From assembly GCA_028534125.1 (NCBI GenBank), contig CM052817.1:73906001-73970000 (forward strand): a stretch of DNA of 64,000 nt, in the 5' to 3' direction. This DNA is from Lama glama. Its lineage: Eukaryota. Below are positions 1 through 10,379 of this stretch, one piece after another (the first letter of the stretch is position 1; each line of letters begins with the position of its first letter). A model generated the notes under the pieces. It saw only the letters and a list, made by a program, of their open reading frames with translations. It did not search any database and was not told the origin of the DNA. The translations under genes were made by a program, and so were the position numbers.

Positions 1-414
1 AGCCTGAGTTAGAATCAGAAGAAGACGCCGCAAGACCAAAGATATTTGCATCCCGCTTGCCGGTAAAGAGCAAAAGCACCACATCTTCCAGCAGAGGGGC
101 CGCGAGCCCCACGAAAGAAAGTAAGGAGCACTTCTTTGACCTTTACAGAAACTCCATAGAATTCTTTGAAGAGATTAGTGATGAGGCTTCCAAGTTAGTG
201 GACAGACTTACACAGTCAGAAAGGGAGCAGGAATTAGTTTCAGATGATGAGAGCAGTAGTGCCCTGGAAGTTTCAGTAATTGAAAATCTACCACCTGTTG
301 AGACCGAGCACTCACTTCCCGAGGACATCTTTGACACAAGGCCCATTTGGGATGAGTCCATTGAGACTCTGATTGAACGCATCCCTGATGAAAATGGCCA
401 TGACCATGCTGAAG
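1..414 (+). CDS. ANK2: ANK2 giant (neuronal 440-kDa isoform) exon, 3' end (5'-truncated by window)
   Basis: Frame from base 3 reads [24 protein letters not shown]...[40 protein letters not shown]...[11 protein letters not shown], matching the end of the ankyrin-B giant insert. Donor GAAG|gtattt at 414/415 (phase 1). Confidence 0.95.
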
Positions 415-1958
415 GTATTTGCCAGCCACTGGGATTCCCTGTGCTCCGCATGTCATAAATTTAATATAGTTTTTTTGTATGTCTGTTTTATTTGGTGGTT
501 TATGTCTCATTTTCTTTAAGCCTTCTGTGGTGGTTACTATGTTTGTGTAAGCCCTTTGTGTTTTGTGCTTTCTCTGTATACTCTTGTCTGTGGAAACAAT
601 CTCAAGATTGAGTAATGAGAATGCTTATGGAAAACATAAACATGATTGGCAGGCAACGGGGGTCTTGCCTTTTCTCTAGCCACTGCACGTGAGGCCATGC
701 AAGCTTTGAGTTTTGTTGTTCTGAAGTTCCAGGCTTAACTTCAAATTAAACAAATGAATATTCTTGGTCTTGTTTCATATTATGAGAATTTATTGCTTTT
801 TTTCTTTGTGTACTTTTAAATAACTTGCACTTAACAATTTTGTGATCATTAGGAAGCCATTTGCACAAGATTTCACATACCATGAAATTCCAATTGTTGT
901 GGATTTGTTTTTGATTCAGAAAGGTTGGATTTCAAATACCATTGGTAAACACTTTAAGCAAATAGACATAAGGTAAAAACATGCTTTTCATTTATGCTGT
1001 AGAGGAATGGAGAATGTCCTCTGATTAGATGCAGCAGACAACAAAAACTCAAACTTTGCATGATTTAAGTTGACTGTGAGGGGATGATGGTTCTTTGAAT
1101 TATAAAAAAAAAAAGAAAGAAAGAAAACCATAGATGGCTCTGAGAAGCTGCTTCTGATCTTCTAATATCTCTATAATAAAGACTATTATTCTTAAATTGG
1201 GATTATAAAAAATGTCATGATACCTTGACCTAAAATGCTGCCCATCAATTAATGGGGGTTAAAAAAAGAAGAAAAGTTACAGTTTGTGGGAATATATTAG
1301 CTTACTTAGTAGTGAGCAGACAGAAACTTTGCCCAGAAGACACATATACATACTAATATACACAGACAACTGTGTGCACTTTATTCTTCCTTTTTTCAAG
1401 GCCACCAGGACCAAGGCAAATGTTGTTTCTGACCATACTGAAAAAAGCCAAGATGGTTTGATTAACGCACGATCTAGGTCTCTTGCGAATGTTGGATGTG
1501 ATTTCTTTATGATATGACTCGGAAGTGATCTATACTGCCATGGGCAATAATAGGGAGTCCTAACCAAATTACTCCATTTCTACATCCTGTTTATGATTTT
1601 TCTGGTGTTCGATGAGCAAGATGGTTGTCTTCTGGTGGGCAGTGTCCTCTCAGATAATTTAAAAGGAAAGTCCTAAGATCACTAGAAATCAATAACTCAT
1701 ATAATTTATGTACAGTGACTAGTCTTGATTAAAGAGATATGGAAGTAGATGGTTTTCTTGATTTTTTTATTAGATTAATTCCCCATTCCACTCCAGAAGT
1801 CAGGCAAACACAGAATTTAATGTGATTTAAAATGTGCTAGTTAATTTGTGCTATCGTCAAATATTTGGACACTTGACTTCCTTTCTTTGGATGATTGGTA
1901 CTGTGGTTCCTCTCGTGTCATAGACAACCATTGGCCATTCTGTTTTTGACCTTTGTAG

Positions 1959-2033
1959 ATCAACAGGCTGAGCAGGAACGGATCGAGGAAAGGCTGGCTT
2001 ATATTGCTGATCACCTTGGCTTCAGCTGGACAG
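1959..2033 (+). CDS. ANK2: ANK2 exon (75 nt), start of death domain
   Basis: ctttgtag|AT CAA CAG GCT GAG...; [25 protein letters not shown]; donor ACAG|gtaaaa; phase 1-1. Confidence 0.97.
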
Positions 2034-3017
2034 GTAAAATGAGCTGACCCATTTTTTCAACAAAAACTGGTTGGTTTAAATGACATAGTTGCATCAGTCA
2101 AGTGTCATTAACAATGAAAAAGGTCTCTTTTTTTCTTTCCTTGAGGAGGACCACGTGGAATGGTGAAAAGAATAATAAAGTATGAACTAGAAAACCCAAG
2201 CTCTACATTTACTCACTGTGTGAACTAGGGCAGGTCTTTCATTGTCTCTGGCATTTTGAATAATAGAACTTTAGATTGGGAGATTTTGAGAATATAACAA
2301 CCCCCACCACCCTCCTTTCAGAGCTGTGGATATCTAAACCTTAGGGAGATCACTCTGTTTCAAAACCATTGTTAGATGTAATTGTCATAAAATTTAATTT
2401 GAGATTCAACTTGGGCTCCTTGTTTTAGATACCTTGTGTCAGGTATCTTCTTCATGAACAGTACTAAAATTTACTTCTGATGAATGTTGAAATACATATG
2501 AATGAGATGTTCACAAATTTTCCGAGAAATGAGAATGTTTAAGTTTAGAAATTATGTGTTAAATAATTTTTAAGGGAAAGTGAATTCTAAAATCAATATG
2601 ATTTATTTACAAATCGTGATTTGTAGGTTTTAAAAATTATGCCCTTTAATCTTTCCTGTGATTTAACATTATTAAAGCTAGATTGTCAGTCTAGCTTTTT
2701 TCTTTTTTCTTTTTTTGGTCCAACTTCCTTTTATGTCACTTGTGACTACTTAATAAAACAAACAATATAAAGTTAATGTTAATCTTTTTTCAGTTTCTTA
2801 AAGATTTGGTCATGAATAGGAGATAGGAGTCATAATATCCTTAATAAAAAATGATAATGTAGAATAATGACTGAAACATTTAAAAGTAGTTTTTAAGTAC
2901 TGATCTGACTTATTTAATTGAGGGATTTAGGGAAAGAAAGGACATCAAAATATTCCTGGTTGACCTGTTAAATAGGAAACATTCAGAATTATTTATTTTG
3001 CCTCTTAAGTATTTATA

Positions 3018-3080
<63 letters not shown>
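3018..3080. repeat. compound microsatellite (TG)n(TA)n
   Basis: Directly visible TG run followed by a long TA run. Confidence 0.97.
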
Positions 3081-3087
<7 letters not shown>

Positions 3088-3189
3088 AATATCTGTTATA
3101 GTTGGTGAAAATTAAAATTGTGCAACCACACTGAATAGTATAAGATGAAAAATAAATGTCTCTCGTACCCACATCTGGTCTTTGAGCCC

Positions 3190-3600
3190 CATGCCTCAAA
3201 GGGAACTGCTAACACTCTCATGTGTTCAGAAAAAAATCTGCAGTGCCCACATCTATGCCTATTATTTAAAAATAAGCAAAATTTTATTTAACAATATTCA
3301 GCATAGAAATATCTGTCATTCTTTTAAATGGCTATTTAATTCCACTGTATGGAGTTACCATAATTTTATCAGTAGCCTTTGTTGATGGATATTTAGGTGT
3401 TTCCTGTTAGTGCCAATAAACATCTTTGTGCACTGGTAGATTTTTATGGGTATATCTTATAGGGCATATTCCTAGAAGGAAAATTGCTGTGTAAAGGATA
3501 TGTGTATTTTTAATTTTGAAAGATATTGGCAAATTTCCCTTCAAAGAGGACACCTCATTTACACACACCTCCCCTTGCCCCACAATGTATAAGCATCCAT
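3190..3600 (-). mobile_element. old L1 (L1M-type) 3' fragment
   Basis: cattcttttaaatggct...ttgatggatatttaggtgtttcc...cctagaaggaaaattgctg resembles antisense L1 3' region. Confidence 0.6.
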
Positions 3601-4181
3601 AGAGAATGTTAATGGTAGACTTTAAAGGAAAACTTTGTGGCTTCCTCCCTAGGTCAATTAATGCTTCCCAAACCTTTTATTCATGTGACATCCAATCAAA
3701 GAAAGGAGTTTATCCAACCACCATAATATAGCCACAACCAGTATTTATCCAGGTGCCCAGAAACAGGATTTATAGTATTTAAAACATCACCTAATGATAA
3801 TTAAAAGTGAGACATGGTCTATTTCTACTGTTTTCAGTCATTTATTTTCCATTATCTTGGTTAAGAGTATGAGCTGGTATTAAGGGTCTCTTCCACATTT
3901 TGGAAGTAAATGGCCCTGAATTTACATACTTTATCATCATTGCCTCAAACTTACTATTGACACTATGACAGTGATCAATTCTATACCCAATTTTAAGGAA
4001 AATACCTGCAGTTAGTGCTAGAAGAACAAAGGCATATGAGCATCGCTTCTAGTAAGGAGAAAACAATAAAGGAACTCTTACAGTAACGCTGAGAACACAT
4101 CATTCACAGAATCACAAGGCAAGGTGTAGAGACTCAAACCTGGAAGTTAGTGTGTTTACAAAGGAGCATCTTCTCTTCTAG

Positions 4182-4313
4182 AATTAGCAAGAGAACTGGA
4201 TTTCACCGAGGAGCAAATTCATCAAATTCGAATTGAGAACCCTAACTCCCTTCAAGACCAGAGTCATGCGCTTCTGAAGTACTGGCTAGAAAGGGATGGG
4301 AAACATGCTACCG
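4182..4313 (+). CDS. ANK2: ANK2 exon (132 nt), death domain
   Basis: ttctcttctag|AA TTA GCA...; [44 protein letters not shown]; donor ACCG|gtaggt; phase 1-1. Confidence 0.97.
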
Positions 4314-5345
4314 GTAGGTGGGGAGCTTATGTGAGGGTAGTAGGCCAAAGGTAGAAATAAATCTTGTTCCACAAACCTTTTATGTGGATTCAGTAAAATA
4401 AGAAAAAAACAAATGCCATCAATCTGAAGTGCTTCTCTAAGCAAATGAGAAGAAGCTATCACATTTCTCAAATGTGCGTGTTGCATAAAAATTCTTGTAC
4501 TGTGTTCCCATGAACAGCATTGACTAGTGGAATGTGATACTGGCACTGGCTGCTCACAGTAGTCACAAAAGTCCTAAAACTTTCTAAGTATCGATAGCCA
4601 ACCAAATTGCTTTATTAGTCATTGTTTTATTGATGATGCATTACCTTCAGTTCCTGCTTCTCTCACTCCTAAATGACTGAAATGGGAGAGAAATGTCAGG
4701 TAGATATTCTTTATAATGATTTATATGTGATATTCTGACCACATCAAATAAAATGAGAAGTGATACTGACCATAACCGCTTCTCATCCCTCAGCTGGTCT
4801 AAATTTGCCACTTCCTTTTATGTCTGTTGGAAGGTCTACCTGGAGACCTCTCTGATTCACATCCAGCCCACATTCATCTTTCCTTCTGTTACCATTCTTC
4901 TGGTAGGATTGCCAGTTTTAGCAAATAAAAATAGAGAGCAGCTAATTAAATCTTCAAATATTCAACAAATACTTTTCTAGAAGTATATCCCGTACAATAT
5001 TTGAGATACACTTTTACTTGTAAAGAAAAATTTGTTTTTTATCTAAAATTCAGATTTGGCAAGGTGTCCTACGTGTTCTCTGGCAACTTTACTTTTAGGG
5101 CTTGTGCCATGCTGTGCCCCCCTCCTCTTTTTGTGTGCATCTCTTATTGGTCTGTTTGCTTATTTTTACAAAGACCCTTAATTGGGCTTTGGTTGTTTCC
5201 TGTACATACATCAAAATTTTAGTAAATTTTTCCTGTGTTTAAAATAGTTCACACACAAAAAATAATTCAGTGAGAATAAATGAAAGAGATTTTTTTTAAA
5301 GAGTACCCTTTAAATGTAATAAATAGTTTTTCTCTAACATCCCAG

Positions 5346-5489
5346 ATACCAGTCTCATTGAATGTCTCACCAAGATCAACCGAATGGATATTGTTCATCT
5401 CATGGAGACCAGCACGGAGCCCCTCCAGGAGCGCATCAGTCACAGCTACGCAGAGATTGAACACACAATCACCCTGGATCACAGTGAAG
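5346..5489 (+). CDS. ANK2: ANK2 exon (144 nt), end of death domain
   Basis: ctaacatcccag|AT ACC...; [48 protein letters not shown]; donor GAAG|gtcgaa; phase 1-1. Confidence 0.96.
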
Positions 5490-5683
5490 GTCGAACAATT
5501 CATGTGTGTCTGAGTGTCTGCTATGTATGGTTAATTCAGGCAACTGGACCTGTCCTCCACTGTCTTCCTATTTTTAGAAGGCAGACTGTGGCCTTTGGTA
5601 ATACGATCTTCTCCTGAATACTTTGAGGCTTCCCTGCCCATTTTAGATGCCCCAACAGTGCTCATTCTTTGTTATTTCATCAT

Positions 5684-6047
5684 TGTCTGAGTCATCATAG
5701 GCTGATATAACAAAATACCATAAACTGGTTGGCTTAGACAGCAGAAATTTATTTTTGCACAGTTCTAGAGACTGGAAGTCCAAGATCAGGGTGAGAGCAT
5801 GGTTGGGCTCTGGTGAGGGCTATCTTCTGGACTGTACAAGGCTGTCTTCCTGCTCTGCCCTCACATGGGGGAGAGAGAGCAAGCTAGCCCTCATATCTCT
5901 TCTCATAAGGGCACTAATCCCATCCATGAGGGCTCTACCCTCATGACCTAATCACTTCCCAGGGGTACCACCCCCAAACACCATCACACTGGGACTAGGG
6001 TTTCAACATACGAATTTTGAGGGGACCCAAACATTCAGTTCATAACA
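5684..6047 (-). mobile_element. MaLR solo LTR (MLT1A-like)
   Basis: TG...CA ends; ataacaaaataccataaactggttggctt...gttctagagactggaagtccaagatcagggtg; near-TSD atcat/accat. Confidence 0.85.
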
Positions 6048-6399
6048 ACCATCAAAAAAGATGCTCCATCCAACGCCCTTTCCTCTGCTCCCTGACAGCA
6101 CTTCTGATACTTGCATCTTTTCTCCACCTTAATGACCCATTCCTATGCCCACAACCAAAACTAAATCATTATCAATGACTGTACTACTTCCAGTGAAGCA
6201 TTACACTTGCTTCCTCGTTTGCTTCTTTGCAGTAATTCTCCAAACCCACTGGGACATCCAGTGGTCCTACCACCTTTTCAGTATTAAAGTTTCCCTAATC
6301 CACCCTCATTCATTTCCATGCTCACTCACTCTCCTTCTTTTTCTCCTTCTTTTTCTCCTTCTGATACTCACGCATCACTATTTTTGCACCTTCTCTTCT

Positions 6400-7610
6400 T
6401 CTTTCAAGCCTTCAGCATTTCTCTCCTTTTTATTTATTCCAACCTGATGACCACATTTAGTATTTCTTAGAAAAAATAGAAATAACCATAAGCAAATGTC
6501 CATATTCTTTCACCACAAAATTCTCCCAACCCAAATGTATCTCAGTGTGTATACTCTGCCTTCCCTTCTCTATGCAGTGTCCTGGCTTTGCTAAAACCAT
6601 TCTCTCTTTCTTTGCATAGGATCTCATCCCCTTTTACCAACCACGGACTAATTCAATTCTGCAATTAACTACTCTGGCTTCCTACCAGTAGACCCTGCTC
6701 CACAGCATCAAAATATGCTTTAATAGAGCCCAGCTTTAAAAATAAAGTAAAGCAAATGACTCTTTTCACTCAGTGTGCTCCCCTGTATAATCACTGTTTC
6801 TCCATCCATTATGTAGGAAATCTCTTCCAAAGAATAATCTTTCTTTCTTTCCATTCTCTCCCGAACTGTCACTAGAATTCCGTAGCAGGTTTTGTCATCC
6901 CCACTGGACAAAAAGAATCCTGCACAATTCACTAATTGTTTCCTCATTGCCAAATGCACTGAACAATATTGTCTTATCTTCCTTTACCCCTTAGTAACAT
7001 TTGACAGAAAAAATTAATCCCTTGTTCTGGAAACATTTTCTTCACTCACTTTCCATGATACCTTCTTTTCTTGGTTTTCCTTTTCCCCTATTTTGCAGGA
7101 TATTCTTCCTCAGTGTCTTTCTGCAGCTTCTTACTTTCCCTAGATTTACATGATGCCATGTGTTACTGAGCGCCAAGAATCCCGTAGCGTGTCCCACCTC
7201 CCGTCCCTCCCTCCTTCCCGAGTCCCTGACGCCTGGCCTCTGGGCTGTTCCCTGGGCACCCGACACATTCTTGGGCTTCAGGGCTCTGGTGCTTTCTGTT
7301 CCCTCCATTCTGGAGTGTTCATCAGGTACCTTTTGCTCTCACTTTATTTGCGCCTCTGCTCAAGTGTCACCTCCTAAGACGAGTCTGTCCTGACAGGTCT
7401 ACCTAAAGTACTGACCTGATTTACTGTGTATCTTTACCCTGGGTTTCTTGTCTCCTAAAAGTTATCTAAGCATGCATCTGCAGAAATGCAAGTTCAGTGA
7501 GGCCAGAAGTTTCTTCTGTCTTATTCACTGCTATGTATCCAGCATCTAAACAGCACCAATTACACAGTCAGTACTCGATATATATCTGTTAAGTGAATAG
7601 ATAGACAGAT
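6400..7610 (+). mobile_element. L2 LINE remnant
   Basis: Degenerate RT-region sequence (cattgccaaat...taacatttgacag...ctggaaacattttcttcact) and typical L2a 3' end (tcttattcactgctatgtatccagcatcta...tgaatagat). Confidence 0.7.
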
Positions 7611-8172
7611 GCATGTCGATCACACCTCTTTCAATGGCTCCTCATTGCCCTGGATATAATGAAATAAGAAACCCTCCATAAAAAGAGTACTAACATCAGA
7701 GTGTTGTTTAATTCAAATTACTGCTTGCAAAGCACTTAGAACATTGCCTGACAGAGAGTAAATATTCAGAACATGTTCGCTATTATTAATTATTATTATT
7801 ATTAACTATTATTAACTTTCTTCTTACCACATAGATTCTATGCCTTAACTGTTGCAGTTGATATCTGCTTACCATTAGATCTGCTTACGATGTCACACTC
7901 TCTGCATTTCCTTTCCTGAGTCTTTAACCCTGAGTTGGATGCTCCCTCATTCATTGACTGGCAGCTGTGGCCCAGCCGCTCTGCATTTTAGTATCTCTTA
8001 CTGCCTGAGCTTCCCGAGATGGTCAGCATCATGAAGGCAGAGACAGTGCCTCCTTCAGCTTTATAGCCATGGACCTATCACAGATGTGGCATGTAGCAGT
8101 TACTTAGTAAGTACCCACTTAATATTGTTTAGCTTCAATTAAATGCATAATTTAAATCGTTCTCCCCTGTAG

Positions 8173-8446
8173 GGTTCTCAGTACTTCAGGAGGAGCTATG
8201 CGCTGCACAGCACAAGCAGAAAGAGGAGCAGGCTGATTCCAAAGAGGGCGATCATCCTCCCATCGTCTCAGAGGAAGACATTTCTGTCGGCTACTCCACT
8301 TTTCAGGATTCCATCCCCAAAACTGAGGGGGACAGCTCAGCAACAGAGCACCTTCCCCTGACTCACCAGGAGCACGCTCAGCAGGATTTCTCAGGGAAAA
8401 TGCAGGACCAGCCTGAAGAGTCATCTCTTGAACAGCAGGAATACTT
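8173..8446 (+). CDS. ANK2: ANK2 exon (274 nt), C-terminal regulatory domain
   Basis: tctcccctgtag|GG TTC TCA...; [46 protein letters not shown]...[10 protein letters not shown](F); donor TACTT|gtgagt; phase 1-2. Confidence 0.96.
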
Positions 8447-8659
8447 GTGAGTTGCAAACGAAAACCTGTTCAGTGTAATTCCAAAGAAGCAAGCCTGTAG
8501 GGCGAGGGTGCCAGGCATATACAAGCGTAAATTGTTTTCAGATAGTTTTTGAATGATCCCCCCCCATAACAACTGGCAGAACTACAGAAAAAAAAAAAAA
8601 AAAGCAAAATATCTATGAGACATCACTGTGACGGCATTGCACCGCACAGGTCCACTTGA

Positions 8660-8815
8660 ACCAACCTCTAGTTCCATGAACTTGGGCAAATGCCTAAGCC
8701 CTTTGAGTCTCGGTTTCCACATCTATAAATTATGATAATAATATATACCTTATTCCTCTTACAGGGTTGAAGGTCCAGGGTATGCCTGTGAAAGCACTGT
8801 TTAAACTGTAGACCA
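8660..8815 (+). mobile_element. MIR SINE
   Basis: gaacttgggcaaatgcctaagccctttgagtctcggtttccacatctataaa matches the MIR core. Confidence 0.75.
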
Positions 8816-10087
8816 TGCAGTTCTTACTTGTACATTTGCTGGACCTCACTTCTCTCTGTATGTGCCCGTTGCTCCCTGGCTGGTTCAGAGTGTGCACCCT
8901 GACAGTGTAGGTGAAGCAGCCCCTGTGTGGCTAACAATAAAAACAGAAATGCAGCACTAATTCTTCACACAGGATGAAAGACCATTGGGGGTTGGAGTGG
9001 GATCCAGAGATGTCTCCTAGAGAGCTTCCGGCTAAAGAAAGCTGCAGAGCATAGTCAGCTTAGAACTCGGGTTCTGGGCTTTCTGGAAGCAAAGGCAAAA
9101 GAAGTGACACTTGTCCTCTAGAAAAAGCAAATGGATCCTGAGAATGGCAGGCGTGTCCCAGCCTCGAAATCTGAGAACAGTGTGTCAGGAGACTGTATCA
9201 CAGCCTCTCCTTTGTCGAGTGGGTTTTATGCTGGGGTCACTGGAACCTGAGGAGAGGGTAAGATGGGTATTGAAATGATCTTTTCTTCCCTGAGCACTGC
9301 CCCTTAGCCCATCTACTTTTAGACTTTAGGGGCGAGCATAGAGAAGAGGTAAGGAAAAGAAAGCAGGATAAAGAAAAAGATGGGAAGCAAAGAGGGCTTA
9401 TCAGAAAGGCACTTTGGGCATTTAACTTCTATAGAGTGACAGAAAATTAAAGGAGCAGAAACAGCAGATTTTTTTTTCTTTTATAAATTGACATGATAAA
9501 GGTTGCATTAGTTTTCCCCAAACTACAGCCACAGACAGAATTTCAATGCCAGTAGATCATCCTATCAAGTAATAGAGTTTCCTGGAGGTATAATGAGAAT
9601 CTCCCTGTATTTATAACTATGATAACTGTATTAACATGGTGTTTATATATTGCTTTTGAAAAGTTCTGCCAAATTTTGATTCTTGCTTCAAAAGCCTTAG
9701 TGTCTACAGATCTTTGTTACATAAACCTCTTTAAATCATCCAGAGTACCTTGAGTTATCGAAGAAAAGATGAAATTATCATGCATTTAATATCACTAATA
9801 TTATTTATTATCTCTGCTTTGTAGAGATTAGGAAATAGTAATACATTTGAGGACAATATTTATCTTTAGAATACATATTTTCCAGTTAATGTTAGATCAG
9901 TGAGCTGTAACTCTGTATCTTACATAATGATTTCTATTCACATTTCATTTCTTGACCAACTTTACAAAACCTTTTGAGACTTCCATGGACTGTGAAGACA
10001 AGTCCCGTCTTCCTTGCCAGATTCCTTGCTTCAGCAGGGGCAGAAATGCATATGCTCCCGTGGCATAATTGGGCTTTTCTGTTTCAG

Positions 10088-10379
10088 CGTGACCACCCCA
10101 GGAACAGAAGTATCAGAGACCCAGAAGGCCACGGCAGTGCCTGGCTCTCCCAGCCAGACACCTGAGGAAGTCAGCAGCCCTGCCGAGGAGGAGAGGCCGT
10201 ACCCCCACACCCTGACATCGAGCGGGCGAGGAGACTCTCCCATCGTACAAGAACCTGAAGAGCCCCCAGAACGGAGGGAGGAGGGTTCGCCCCGGAAAAG
10301 CAGCCTCGTGATAGTGGAGTCTGCCGAGGACCAGCCGCGGGCCTTTGAGAGGCTCGATGAAGAGGCAGCTTTTCAAAAG
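10088..10379 (+). CDS. ANK2: ANK2 exon (292 nt), C-terminal regulatory domain
   Basis: tttctgtttcag|C GTG ACC...; (F)[13 protein letters not shown]...[31 protein letters not shown]; donor AAG|gtaaaa; phase 2-0. Confidence 0.96.

Noticed and set aside
143..510. Antisense ORFs over the giant exon (also 8152-8457, 10031-10442)
   Set aside because: Shadow ORFs of the ANK2 coding strand.
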